Virus record (IMG/VR): IMGVR_UViG_3300041409_000348
Location: 1-64,000 of that record
Direction: 5' to 3' (one strand)
Source: a virus
DNA length: 64,000 nucleotides
Position 1 is the stretch's first letter; each line of letters begins with the position of its first letter. The notes below the pieces were generated by a model, which ran no database searches, was not told where the DNA came from, and saw only the letters and a list, made by a program, of their open reading frames with translations. Shown here one piece after another: positions 1 to 8,983 of this stretch. Made by a program: the position numbers and the translations under genes.

Positions 1-338
1 CTCAGGCCGAGGATGCTGTTGATGATCCGGGAGAACACCAGATGCTCGTCCCGGTTCAGGCAGTCACTCGCCGGCATCGTCCGGGCCATGGCCAGGAACT
101 CGCGCCGGACGCGCATCCGGTCGCTGCGGTTCACCCGCCAGTACAGGAAGGCACCCGTGGCCGCGAACACGACAGTGACGGCGGCCAGGATGATGCTGAC
201 GGGCCGGTGCGCGGGCCACCAGAACCCGGCGATCGAGGCGGTCACGGCGGCTTCGATCCACCAGATCGCCGGCCAGTACAGCGGGGCCAGGTCGAACCGG
301 GGGAACCGTGCCGTTTTCGGTCACCAACCGGGGGCGCC

Positions 339-500
339 TCATGACGGGCCGCCCGCCGCGGCCCGCTCGGCTTGCTGTGCCTCGTCCTCACGCCGGAGGG
401 CACGCAGGAGCAGTTCCCCCAGCGACAGCCCCGCCGACTCGGCCAGCAGTTCGACCGCCTCTGCGGTGGCCCCTTCCAAGACGATCCGTTTACGAGCCAT
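339..500 (-). CDS. small ribbon-helix-helix-like protein (MARKRIVLEGATAEAVELLAESAGLSLGELLLRALRRE...)
   Basis: 53-aa ORF read by hand, below the track cutoff; overlaps its neighbours; RHH-like pattern. Confidence 0.5.
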   Translation of the reverse strand: MARKRIVLEGATAEAVELLAESAGLSLGELLLRALRREDEAQQAERAAAGGPS

Positions 501-669
501 TACTGTCCTCCAGCACTGCCCGCACTTCGCCGGCTACGGCATTCGCGGTCGCTTCCCAGACCTCACGCTCCGGATCCCGGACATCCCTCCACGGCCGAAC
601 GCCGTCGAGCTGGTCGCGGTATGCCTCGAACGCGACTTGGCCGAGAGTCTTCTCCGTGGCCTCACGCAT
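490..669 (-). CDS. hypothetical phage protein (MREATEKTLGQVAFEAY...)
   Basis: 3' part of ORF 490..870; ATG overlaps the end of the upstream gene. Confidence 0.55.
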   Translation of the reverse strand: MREATEKTLGQVAFEAYRDQLDGVRPWRDVRDPEREVWEATANAVAGEVRAVLEDSNGS

Positions 670-898
670 CACTGCCGCCCTCTGTCGCTGCCCGCACTTC
701 GTCTTTATGGCCCCGGTGCCACACGCGGCGCGCGTAGTCGGAGTCGAGCACACCCGACCGTTCACCGCAGGCACAGAGACCGAAGCCGACAGGCCCGCCG
801 TAAAGTTCCGTCCGGCGTGTACCGCCGCGGCCGTCGTCCTCGAAGGGCTTGCCTTCAGACTGCAGGCCATGACCCCGGAGGCGGGTGCTGGTGTCCAT
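662..898 (-). CDS. hypothetical protein with CxC...HxxH motif
   Basis: ORF track; tight coupling to neighbours. Confidence 0.6.
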   Translation of the reverse strand: MDTSTRLRGHGLQSEGKPFEDDGRGGTRRTELYGGPVGFGLCACGERSGVLDSDYARRVWHRGHKDEVRAATEGGSDA

Positions 899-1182
899 CA
901 GGAGCCGTCCCCTCTAGGCGACAGGATTTGCAGCGACGCGCCCGCAGCAAAGCCCGCGTTGTCGGGAAGCCGCTGATCGCCGGTCGACAGCAGGCGCACG
1001 ACAACCCCCGGTGCGACTTCCACGTCCTGGCGGTAGGGGACGACGAACACATTGGCGGCTTTCATGCACTCGCCGCAGGACAGTTCGTCGGGATACTCGC
1101 TCACCATGCCGTAGGTATCGTGCGTGGCTCCGGGTGAGTGAATGACCCACGGCCGGGGCTTCGTCGGATTGTCGTCACCCAT
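898..1182 (-). CDS. hypothetical protein
   Basis: ORF track; operon packing. Confidence 0.55.
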   Translation of the reverse strand: MGDDNPTKPRPWVIHSPGATHDTYGMVSEYPDELSCGECMKAANVFVVPYRQDVEVAPGVVVRLLSTGDQRLPDNAGFAAGASLQILSPRGDGS

Positions 1183-1423
1183 CGCCGTGCTCCGTTTCCC
1201 TCAGCCGTGGACGCCCGCCCGGTGCTGTCCCGCCCGCTGCGGCCCTCACGGTAGCGATGGCCTCTTCCGCCTCGGCGTGCCACTGGGGGGACACTAAAAC
1301 ACCCGCCGGGCGGCGCCACCGCGTGATCACGAACTGCCGGTCCGCGTGCAGCACGAGAACGTCGTCGAGGATGCGGGACAGATCCCGCGCCAGGTCGGTG
1401 CTCCTGATCGTCTCAATGGTCAT
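1175..1423 (-). CDS. Phd/YefM-family antitoxin-like DNA-binding protein, contains an in-frame TTA
   Basis: IRSTDLARDLSRILDDV...FVITRWRRPAGVLVS fits the Phd pattern. Confidence 0.7.
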   Translation of the reverse strand: MTIETIRSTDLARDLSRILDDVLVLHADRQFVITRWRRPAGVLVSPQWHAEAEEAIATVRAAAGGTAPGGRPRLRETEHGDG

Positions 1424-1426
1424 GGC

Positions 1427-1771
1427 TCAGTCGTCCCCCTCCGCGGCGGCCATCGCGTCGCCTTGCCCGGGAGGCGATATCCGGGTGACGCCCAGTAGGA
1501 ACCGGGCCATCCTCCCTGCTGCGGTTGCCATGGCGTGCTGGGCCCAGAATCCCGCGCAGACAGCCGGCCCGAAATCCGGGTGCTCCCCGTACGGGAGTGT
1601 GGCGTGGCACGTCAGGAGCGCTCCGCGGGCGACGTTCGTCTCGATAACCTCGGCGGCACGTTCCTCGCCGAACGGGTGGTCCCGGCGGAACAGGCACGTG
1701 CCGCAGCGACGGGAGAGGACCCGGACGCGGCCGTCGTCGCCGATCACGTCCGGGGCGCGGCGCCCGCTCAC
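1427..1771 (-). CDS. Cys/His-containing hypothetical protein
   Basis: RCGTCLF...CHATL...CAGF. Confidence 0.6.
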   Translation of the reverse strand: MSGRRAPDVIGDDGRVRVLSRRCGTCLFRRDHPFGEERAAEVIETNVARGALLTCHATLPYGEHPDFGPAVCAGFWAQHAMATAAGRMARFLLGVTRISPPGQGDAMAAAEGDD

Positions 1772-2148
1772 GTCGCCACCCCCGGCCGGTACTGCTGCTC
1801 ATAGGACGCCTCAGCCGCAGCGTCCAGGCACTCCCCCGAGCACCACTGGCGCCCGAGCGGGTCATCCCCTGCGGTGACGGGGATACCGGTGATGGGCTTC
1901 TCACAGCGATGACACACGGGGACGAGACGCCAGCGGCGCATGCCGTCCCATGTCCGCCAGCCGGACTCCAGCCAGAAGGTGTCACGGCGGCCAGTGAATG
2001 CGCCCGGGTCGTCGTAGCGGACCTGGCAGTACAGGCCGGCGATGCCGGTGATGGTGGCGTAGTGGACCTTGCCGCCCTCGCGGGGCTTGCGGGTGGCGGG
2101 GTTGTGCTCGACCACGGCCACGTCATCGTCCAGGCTGAAGCGGGTCAC
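1768..2148 (-). CDS. hypothetical protein with C-terminal Zn-finger (CHRC...WCSGEC)
   Basis: 3' part of ORF 1768..2622; GTG start overlapping the upstream stop. Confidence 0.55.
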   Translation of the reverse strand: MTRFSLDDDVAVVEHNPATRKPREGGKVHYATITGIAGLYCQVRYDDPGAFTGRRDTFWLESGWRTWDGMRRWRLVPVCHRCEKPITGIPVTAGDDPLGRQWCSGECLDAAAEASYEQQYRPGVAT

Positions 2149-2651
2149 TGGGACGCCTCCTTGGCGTTTCCCGTGGTCACGTACAAACCTTCGGCGCGTG
2201 GCTCGGCAATGAGGCCGTTGCGCTCTAGCGCGCCCGCCACCTTGCCGAGCATGCGCAGCACGTCGGGGTCGTTCTTGACGGGCTCCACAATCGCACCGGC
2301 CGCGCCGCCCCGGCCTCCAGTGACTGCCAGTCCGTGGAAGCCGTTGGCGGTAAGGGTCGCTTCGATGTGGTCCTTGAGGGAAATCCGGGCGGCGCTCATC
2401 TCTCGCGCCTCCTTGGCGGTGACGGGTTCGGCGACATGCCAGATCGTGTCGGCAGGTACCTTCTCGAACAGCTGCCACCGGCCGCCCTCGAAGTGGTAGA
2501 CCCACGCCTCGTGGCCCTTGCCGTTGATGGCCCGGGCCACGTCCTGGAACGCCGCCTTCTCCGAGCCAACGGTGACCGGGTTGTCCGGGCCGCCGTTCTC
2601 GTCGCGGTCGTGGACGCGCCACTTTTTGCGAGGCGGGGTGTCAGTGCTCAT
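2145..2651 (-). CDS. hypothetical protein
   Basis: ORF 2145..2738; likely start MSTDTPP. Confidence 0.55.
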   Translation of the reverse strand: MSTDTPPRKKWRVHDRDENGGPDNPVTVGSEKAAFQDVARAINGKGHEAWVYHFEGGRWQLFEKVPADTIWHVAEPVTAKEAREMSAARISLKDHIEATLTANGFHGLAVTGGRGGAAGAIVEPVKNDPDVLRMLGKVAGALERNGLIAEPRAEGLYVTTGNAKEASQ

Positions 2652-2862
2652 CGCCCGATCCCGTGGTGTCGTTGGCTGCGCGCAGTTCCCGCTCAAGCTC
2701 ACGGACCTCGTCGGCCTTCCAGGTCTGCCGCTGGTCAAGCTCGGCCCAGCGGCGGTGCGCTTCCCGGGCCTGCCCGGACAGCATGTTCAGGTCGGCCTTA
2801 GCCGCCTCAAGGGCGGCGTACAGCTCCGGGATCTGCATCTCCGAAGGTGGCTTGGTGCTCAT
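2641..2862 (-). CDS. small coiled-coil protein
   Basis: ORF track. Confidence 0.5.
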   Translation of the reverse strand: MSTKPPSEMQIPELYAALEAAKADLNMLSGQAREAHRRWAELDQRQTWKADEVRELERELRAANDTTGSGDEH

Positions 2863-2865
2863 CGG

Positions 2866-3048
2866 TCACGCCTCACTCTCGCCGTACTTGGCCATCAGGG
2901 CTTCAGCGCGGTCGTACCAGTCGGAGCTGACGAGGACGGCCACCCGCTTACCCTGCCGGGTGATCGTCGCTGGCTCGCCGGTGAAGCGGGCCCGGTCGAC
3001 GAGCTCGCCGAGGCTGGTCCGCGCCTTCTCGATTCCTACCTGATCCAT
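2866..3048 (-). CDS. Phd/YefM-family antitoxin-like protein, probably leaderless
   Basis: MDQVGIEKARTSLGELVDRARFTGEPATITRQGKRVAVLVS; -10-like TAGGAT 7 nt upstream of ATG. Confidence 0.8.
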   Translation of the reverse strand: MDQVGIEKARTSLGELVDRARFTGEPATITRQGKRVAVLVSSDWYDRAEALMAKYGESEA

Positions 3049-3094
3049 GCCACTAATCCTACAGGAGCATATGGACCTTGCCAAGCTGTATGCA

Positions 3095-3688
3095 TCACGC
3101 CGCCCGCCCAACTTCGCCCCGCCGGTAGCAGGACCGGTCCATCCCCTGCTTCCCCGGCGCCGTCTCCCCCTCATGCCACAGGATCCGGAACGCTTCCCGG
3201 GCCCGCCGCAACCGCGACCGGTACGTCGCATACGTGGTTCCCAGGGCCTTCGCCGCGCCTTCCTGATCCCCCGCCTCCGCGAGAGCCGCCAGGACCCTGC
3301 GGTGCGCCGGGGAGATCGCCTCCCACACCTGCCCTAGCGCGATCCGGTCCACGATCGCGTCCTCCCACCCGGTCAGCGGAGGCTGATGCCAGTAGCCGGC
3401 GAACCCCGGGCCGGGACGGGTGAAGCCGGACGCCCGTGACAGGCCGTGGAACTGGCGGTCGGCCTGGTTCAGGTACGCCACGGCGAGACGCGCCGCCCGC
3501 AGCAGCTCGTCACGCGGCGGCGGCTCGGTGGCCAGCAGGAGGGTTTCGGCTGCCGCTGACCAGGCCGCTGCGTACCGGTCCGGGAACGGGGTCGCGTAGG
3601 TCCATGAACGGTGCGCAGCGAACTCGGCCACCCCGGCGAGGTCCCCGGCCGTCCAGCCGTGAGCCACGAGGTGATCAGCGGGCATCAT
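3095..3688 (-). CDS. sigma-70 region 4-like HTH protein
   Basis: ISPAHRRVLAALA...AAKALGTTYATYRSRLRRARE. Confidence 0.65.
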   Translation of the reverse strand: MMPADHLVAHGWTAGDLAGVAEFAAHRSWTYATPFPDRYAAAWSAAAETLLLATEPPPRDELLRAARLAVAYLNQADRQFHGLSRASGFTRPGPGFAGYWHQPPLTGWEDAIVDRIALGQVWEAISPAHRRVLAALAEAGDQEGAAKALGTTYATYRSRLRRAREAFRILWHEGETAPGKQGMDRSCYRRGEVGRAA

Positions 3689-4020
3689 GCGGCGAGCCTT
3701 TCCGTGTCACGGTCACGCAGTTCGGCCTCGTAACGCTGGGCGGTACGGAGCGAGACACGGAGACGTTCCGCGGCCCGCTCAGGCGGCTCACCCCAGGACC
3801 GGAGCTCGGCGTAGTCCTCTATCCGCCCGGTCCGGGTGCGGCTGCGGCCCCGTACGCGGGGTGGCGGCGGCCCGTCAGGCGGGTAACCGTTGCGGCGCCA
3901 GCGGCTTCGGCAGCGCCCGCAGTACGGGCCCTGCCATCCCCTGCGCCAGGCGTCTTCCGGGCGCGGCTCGGGGCAGCTGAGGCATGCCGGCTCGCTGGCC
4001 CACTGACTGACGTGTCTCAT
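3685..4020 (-). CDS. Zn-finger plus HTH protein
   Basis: CxxC...CxxC, then AAERLRVSLRTAQRY. Confidence 0.6.
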   Translation of the reverse strand: MRHVSQWASEPACLSCPEPRPEDAWRRGWQGPYCGRCRSRWRRNGYPPDGPPPPRVRGRSRTRTGRIEDYAELRSWGEPPERAAERLRVSLRTAQRYEAELRDRDTERLAA

Positions 4021-4319
4021 GCGACGTCGCCCTTCGGCGGGTTCGCGGCCAGGGTCCGCCGCCGGATCGACGCCTCAGCCAGCAGCCGGCGGGTCTCCGC
4101 GACCTGCAGCCGGGTTTCCTCCGACGTCGGCAGGCCCTCCCCGTGCGGCTGATTCCGGTAGTCCCATGGGGTCCGGGCCTCCGTCGGCCTCCACCCACGC
4201 GCCCTGAGCTCGGTCATGAACGAGCGGGCGATGACCTCAACGTCGGCGTCGCCGCGGTCGTTCAGGCGGTAGACGAGGGCACGGATGGCCTGCTCGGTTT
4301 CCCCATCCAGCCCGGTCAT
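4017..4319 (-). CDS. hypothetical protein
   Basis: ORF track; 4-bp overlaps. Confidence 0.55.
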   Translation of the reverse strand: MTGLDGETEQAIRALVYRLNDRGDADVEVIARSFMTELRARGWRPTEARTPWDYRNQPHGEGLPTSEETRLQVAETRRLLAEASIRRRTLAANPPKGDVA

Positions 4320-4984
4320 GACGCCGCTGCTTCCTCACCGAGCTCGTTGTCGATCCACGCGGCGAACGCCTCCCAGCGCTCCTCGGGCGTCTTCTTCCCA
4401 AACGTCTCGTCGTTGCGGTAAGCCAGCTCCCACGCCAGCGTGTACGCCAGCCCGGCATCCTCCCCGTGCTTGGCCGTCTCCTGGAGCGGGTCACTGTCGC
4501 GGCCAGTCACGGCCGGCAGCGCAGCGAAGGCCCCGGCCGGGGCCATGCCGCCCTTGACCTTCTGGTGCCACAGGTACGCGCCGATCAGGCAGACACCCTC
4601 ACCCTGCGACGCCGACCCGATGGCCGAGGCGACACTTGCGCGCTCCTCCTCGACGTCCTCCCGCATCCACCGGGCGGTGTTCGCTGCATCCTGCTCGGTC
4701 CAGTCGAGATCACACCGGGCGTAGTCGGCGGCCTTTTTGGCGATCTTCGCGGCGATAGCCTCCTCGTCCACATCGGGCACCCGGGCCGGGCCACCGACGG
4801 TGCACAGCGCACCCTCAATCAGCCGGTGATCGGGCAGCGCCAGCAGCGCCTCGCGGATGTCACGGAGCGCCTTCCGGCCGCGCTTGCTTTTGAGGGTCGC
4901 GCGAGCATTCCGCTGCCAGCGGCCCATCGCGAGGATCTGCTCAGGCTCACCCTCGTAATCGTCGTAGTCCCCGAATCGGCTCAT
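4316..4984 (-). CDS. phage hypothetical protein (MSRFGDYDDY...)
   Basis: 3' part of ORF 4316..5209; RBS AGGAG upstream. Confidence 0.65.
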   Translation of the reverse strand: MSRFGDYDDYEGEPEQILAMGRWQRNARATLKSKRGRKALRDIREALLALPDHRLIEGALCTVGGPARVPDVDEEAIAAKIAKKAADYARCDLDWTEQDAANTARWMREDVEEERASVASAIGSASQGEGVCLIGAYLWHQKVKGGMAPAGAFAALPAVTGRDSDPLQETAKHGEDAGLAYTLAWELAYRNDETFGKKTPEERWEAFAAWIDNELGEEAAAS

Positions 4985-5045
4985 TGGGTCACTTCTCCTG
5001 TCGCTGCTGAACTTGGGGCTGACGTAGGCGGTAAGTACGGCTCGG

Positions 5046-5309
5046 TCATGACGGCTCCTGGTGCGGTTCCGGGATGGGCCAGACGGGCATTCCCCAGCCG
5101 GCGTCGAGCAGGGCGGCGAGGATGCGGCGGGCGAGAACATCACGGCGCGGGGCCGGGTACCCGGCGAACCGTTCCGGGTCCGTGACACGGGCCGCGGCGA
5201 GCGCGTCACTGGCGGCGATGTGCAGCACGATCTCGTCTTCGGCGTAGTCGAGGGGGGCGATCCCGGCCTCGTAGGCGATGCGGGCCAGGGTGCCGATGTC
5301 AGCGGTCAT
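5046..5309 (-). CDS. hypothetical protein (MTADIGTLARIAY...)
   Basis: 3' part of ORF 5046..5921. Confidence 0.5.
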   Translation of the reverse strand: MTADIGTLARIAYEAGIAPLDYAEDEIVLHIAASDALAAARVTDPERFAGYPAPRRDVLARRILAALLDAGWGMPVWPIPEPHQEPS

Positions 5310-5809
5310 GCGGACTCCTTCGCCAGAGGGGTGAAGTCTTCGGACCTGCACCGGCTGAACTGACCCATGCCGGACCAGAGCAGCCACATCGGCTGCGCGT
5401 CGAATTCCGCGTACCACGCATCGCCGCCGCGGCGACTGTGAAGCGTCAGGTATGCACCGTCGCCGTAATTCCAGAAGACCAGGCAGAGGTAGGCGTCGGG
5501 CCGGCTCGCCCGGGCGATCATCATGCGGCGCAAGATGGCGTCCACGTGCTCCACGAACCCGATGGAGCCGGGAATCCACTCCATGAGCGGACCTGCGGGC
5601 TTGACTTCGATGAATACCGCGAGCGGCTCGTTGTAGCCGTGGCTGCGACCGAAATCGGGGAGCCACTGCCCGTCGCTGCTGGCGAAGCATTCCGGCTCGT
5701 ACTCCCAGCGGTACCCCCACCGGTCCAGTTCGGCCGCGTAGTCGGCTTCGAGGCGGGACCGCATCTGGATGCCCTTGTACAGGGTCGGCCGGGCCTTGAT
5801 GATCGTCAT
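5306..5809 (-). CDS. PD-(D/E)XK nuclease-family protein
   Basis: YKGIQMRSRLEA...WEYEP...WLPDF...FIEVKP. Confidence 0.75.
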   Translation of the reverse strand: MTIIKARPTLYKGIQMRSRLEADYAAELDRWGYRWEYEPECFASSDGQWLPDFGRSHGYNEPLAVFIEVKPAGPLMEWIPGSIGFVEHVDAILRRMMIARASRPDAYLCLVFWNYGDGAYLTLHSRRGGDAWYAEFDAQPMWLLWSGMGQFSRCRSEDFTPLAKESA

Positions 5810-6582
5810 GCGGATCGCGCGCCCTTCGTGGTCCGGGAGTGGCATCGGCCCTCGCACCATGAGGAGGTGCATTTATCGCAGTCCCGATTGCGGCAGCGGT
5901 CGGAATGTTTCCGTTCGCCATATCCGCAAGGGAAGAGGCCGATTAGGTCGTCGCGCTCTATCAGCGTCTCGACGTACCTTGGCAGGTTCTTCGGGCTGAA
6001 CTTGGTTTTGATAACCCGGATTGTTTCGTCCATCTCATCGGGCGTGGCGTCAGGGACGGCGGTGAGCATCGCCTCGCGTACGCGCGCGAGAGTCGTTCTT
6101 TTCTCATCAGAGTCTCTATCGTCTCCTATGGGGTCCGGGTTTCCGGGACCCTTCAGTCCGGGTTTCCGGGACCCTTCAGCCGTAGAACCCGGACCCTTCA
6201 GGTGGTGGACGTTGCTTGAAGGGTCCGTAGAACCCGGACGCTTCCCGGAGTTATCCACAGGTGAAGCGTCCGGGTTTCCGGGACCCTTCAAGTGGGCCAG
6301 CGTGGCAAACGGCGCGATGGCATAAACGGCGCGGACGCCATTCCGCCCGCGCTCAACCTGAATAAGCGCGCCCTTGTCGCGCAGGGCAGCGATAACCTCA
6401 TAGCGAGCGGTCCGGTTCAGCCGGAGCCGGCGAACAATGTCAGGGTTGTCCTCAATGCCATGCGGGCATTCCCTCGTTGAATCCATGGCAGCGTTCGCAA
6501 GCACGGACAGCGCGAAGCGCTCACGCCACGTGAGGCTTTCCGGGGCGCGATCCTCGGCCTCCCGGACAAGCTGCCAGCCCAT
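5806..6582 (-). CDS. replication initiator-like winged-HTH protein no. 1 with internal iterons
   Basis: N-terminal wHTH-like region; KGPGNPD peptide repeats produced by DNA repeats. Confidence 0.65.
   Translation of the reverse strand: MGWQLVREAEDRAPESLTWRERFALSVLANAAMDSTRECPHGIEDNPDIVRRLRLNRTARYEVIAALRDKGALIQVERGRNGVRAVYAIAPFATLAHLKGPGNPDASPVDNSGKRPGSTDPSSNVHHLKGPGSTAEGSRKPGLKGPGNPDPIGDDRDSDEKRTTLARVREAMLTAVPDATPDEMDETIRVIKTKFSPKNLPRYVETLIERDDLIGLFPCGYGERKHSDRCRNRDCDKCTSSWCEGRCHSRTTKGARSA
6132..6296. repeat. iteron-like direct repeats (CCGGGTTTCCGGGACCCTTCA x3, GTAGAACCCGGAC x2) plus DnaA box TTATCCACA at 6251-6259; probable origin
   Basis: repeats read directly; lambda-O-like position inside the initiator gene. 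Confidence 0.7.
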
Positions 6583-6787
6583 CAGGCCACCTGGCCTGTA
6601 CAGCGCGCGCCACGGCGGGGCCTGGAGTGATTCCAGGCCCAGGTCATGACGCCGATAGCCACCTGCGGCTGTCCTTCCGCTCATATGAACCGGTCCCTGC
6701 CTCACGTCGCGCTCATCTCTCCACTATGTTATACCCTAACGGAGAACGTAGCGTAAGATCACACCGGAGACCGGAGGGAAGGGCGCG

Positions 6788-7054
6788 ATGGATATGCCGG
6801 AGGGCTGTGTCATCATGGATCTCATGAGCGAGGCAGCGAAGGCACGGACGGCGAAGGCATCGCGCAACTACACGCGGCTCAAGTCGCAGTTCGCGGACGC
6901 CCGGAAGGAACTGGCCGCCGCCATCGTCGCCGAGCGCATCGACGGCGAGAAGATCGAGGACATCACAGCCCGGGTGCCTGTCCGTCAGACGCAGGTGAAC
7001 CGCATCCTTGAGGCGGCCGGGCTGACGGAGAAGCGCAAGCGCGAGGCCGCCTGA
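6788..7054 (+). CDS. small HTH-like protein, opposite to the early arm
   Basis: ORF track; IEDITARVPVRQTQVNRIL. Confidence 0.55.
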   Translation: MDMPEGCVIMDLMSEAAKARTAKASRNYTRLKSQFADARKELAAAIVAERIDGEKIEDITARVPVRQTQVNRILEAAGLTEKRKREAA

Positions 7055-7062
7055 CCGCGCGC

Positions 7063-7371
7063 TCACGCGGCCCGCTGCCTGAGCGCGCTGATAGCCGTCA
7101 GTTCCCGCGCGATCCGGCCTGAGATCAGGTCCGACGGCCGCCACACAGCCCAGTCGCCCCCGGCCCCGGTGAGCAGTTCACCCACCGTCCGCTGCGCCGG
7201 TGAGACCCTGCCCCGCTCGGCCTTCAGCTCGCGGTAGATGATGCGGCTCCCGACGATCGCCCAATCGGGCCAGCCCTCTTTGCTGCGCCGGGAGTCGAAC
7301 GGGTGGAATCCCCACAGCCCCAGGTCTTTGATGAACCGGCGGACGTGGCTCTCAAGCCCGGCCTCGCTCAT
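7063..7371 (-). CDS. VRR-NUC family nuclease (start may be further upstream)
   Basis: SEAGLE...DSRRSKEGWPD...RELKAERGRVSPAQ. Confidence 0.8.
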   Translation of the reverse strand: MSEAGLESHVRRFIKDLGLWGFHPFDSRRSKEGWPDWAIVGSRIIYRELKAERGRVSPAQRTVGELLTGAGGDWAVWRPSDLISGRIARELTAISALRQRAA

Positions 7372-7679
7372 CGCCGCGGCGAGCGCCCCCCGGGCTCCTG
7401 GCTGGCCCGCTCCGCCGCGTTGGTCACGTCCACGACTGGCGGTGCTGTCCGCCGGCTGGGTGGCTTCCTGCTGCGCTTCACGGGCTTCACGGCCGGTTCC
7501 CGTTCCCCGTGCAGTTCCTGCTCGAGGTCCCGCCACTTGTTCCCGCTCCCCGGCATTGGTCTCCCTGGTGGATGGGCCGATGGCCGCACGCGCTTCCCAC
7601 GCGGCGGCCACCGGGGCTGGTTCCGCATCCACGCCCCCGGGGACAGTGGATGACGTGGATGCGGAAGTCTTGGGGCTGG

Positions 7680-7862
7680 TCACGACGCCCGCCCGAAGGT
7701 CTGGACGTTCGCGGCCTGCCCGGTTTCCTGCGGTGCCTGTTTCTGCACCGGGGGGGCCTTCACCTGCACACCGCCGCCCTGGCGCAGCAGATGCCACCCG
7801 GCGCCGATTCCGGCGAGCAGGACAATGTTCTCCGCGATGATCGCGGCTACAGCGACACTCAT
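7680..7862 (-). CDS. small membrane protein
   Basis: hydrophobic N-terminus. Confidence 0.45.
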   Translation of the reverse strand: MSVAVAAIIAENIVLLAGIGAGWHLLRQGGGVQVKAPPVQKQAPQETGQAANVQTFGRAS

Positions 7863-8386
7863 GATCCTGGCCTTCTGTATGCGTTGAAGGGGGCGCCATG
7901 CTCGGCGCGGTACGGGCCGGGTGCGGTCTCCGAGGGCAGGAACCCGAGCTGTTCCATGCGCTCCCGCAGTTCGGTGGCGTCCGCGACGATCCCGCCGAGG
8001 AACACTGATGCTTCCCGGGCCTGGTGGAGGGTGACGTCGATCGGTGCGGTGAGCGCGTCCGGGTGCCTGGCCCAGAACTTCACCCAGCGGTCCTTGCGCT
8101 TGCTGCGGGCGGTCACACCGGCCCCCCCTCGAGGCTGTCCCGCGGGCTGTGCAGGGGGCAGAACGGGTGCGGGACGCTCAGTTCCCACCGCCACGGGTCC
8201 ATGGATGTCCGCCACGCCCAGGTGCAGCAGCAGCCGTCCGGGATGATCTGGTAACTGGCCGCGGTGCGGATGGGCGGCAGGATCGGGCTCACGCGGCCAC
8301 CGCCGGTTCCGTGCGGGCCAGCAGCGACCGCATAGCCTCGGGCGCCCGCAGCAGCAGCCGGATAGCCGCGGCACCCTGCTGCGGCA

Positions 8387-8983
8387 TCATGCGGCATTCC
8401 TAAGCTCGCGGGCCCGCTTGGTCTGACGGTTCCGCTCAGCCCGGCAGATGTCGGAGCACGACTTCTGCTGCAGGAGGCCCCGGAAGACTGTCCCGCACAC
8501 GATGCATTCCTTTGATTCCGTGTGCTCCGCGTTGCGCCGGCTGATCAGCTCGCCCCTGCATGCCGGGCTGCATGTCTGCTGACGCAGACGCTTCGTCTTA
8601 TGGGGCGTGAACTGCGTCCCGCAGACGACGCAAACCTTGACTGTCGCGTGCCGGGTGTGCCTATGGCCGTGCTGTTCGGATGTGACCAGTTCGAGATTCT
8701 CGGGGCGATTGTCCAGCCGGTTGCGGTTCTTGTGGTGAACCTGCTCCCAGCGCTTGAGCCGGCGGCCTAGCGCCTGTTCCATGACGTAGCGATGCTCAAG
8801 GATCTTCCTGCCGTCAGGGGTTTTGATCTGGCGGTACCGGCCGACAAACTGCCCATCCGGCAGACGCCGGTTCAGGAGCAGCCCGCTGCATCGTTTGCTG
8901 CAGCAGCGTCGCGCCTCGTACTGCCAGTAAGCCTCAGTTGGGCGCTTCCCGTACTCGCCGCCGCACTGTTCGCAGATCTTCAT
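8387..8983 (-). CDS. HNH homing endonuclease with Zn-ribbon repeats
   Basis: EHRYVMEQALGR...VHHKNRNRLDNRPENL; several CxxC pairs. Confidence 0.85.
   Translation of the reverse strand: MKICEQCGGEYGKRPTEAYWQYEARRCCSKRCSGLLLNRRLPDGQFVGRYRQIKTPDGRKILEHRYVMEQALGRRLKRWEQVHHKNRNRLDNRPENLELVTSEQHGHRHTRHATVKVCVVCGTQFTPHKTKRLRQQTCSPACRGELISRRNAEHTESKECIVCGTVFRGLLQQKSCSDICRAERNRQTKRARELRNAA

Noticed and set aside
1-342. A possible fourth frame break: the coupled ATG at 342 is out of frame (+1) with a plausible membrane-protein frame (FDLAPLYWPAIWW...) running off the window
   Set aside because: There is no TTA at the junction (only TTG), an internal GTG start could explain it, and the gene is truncated by the window edge.
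6132-6296. Repeats as a CRISPR array
   Set aside because: Spacing is irregular and short, and the repeats lie inside an initiator ORF; iterons fit better.
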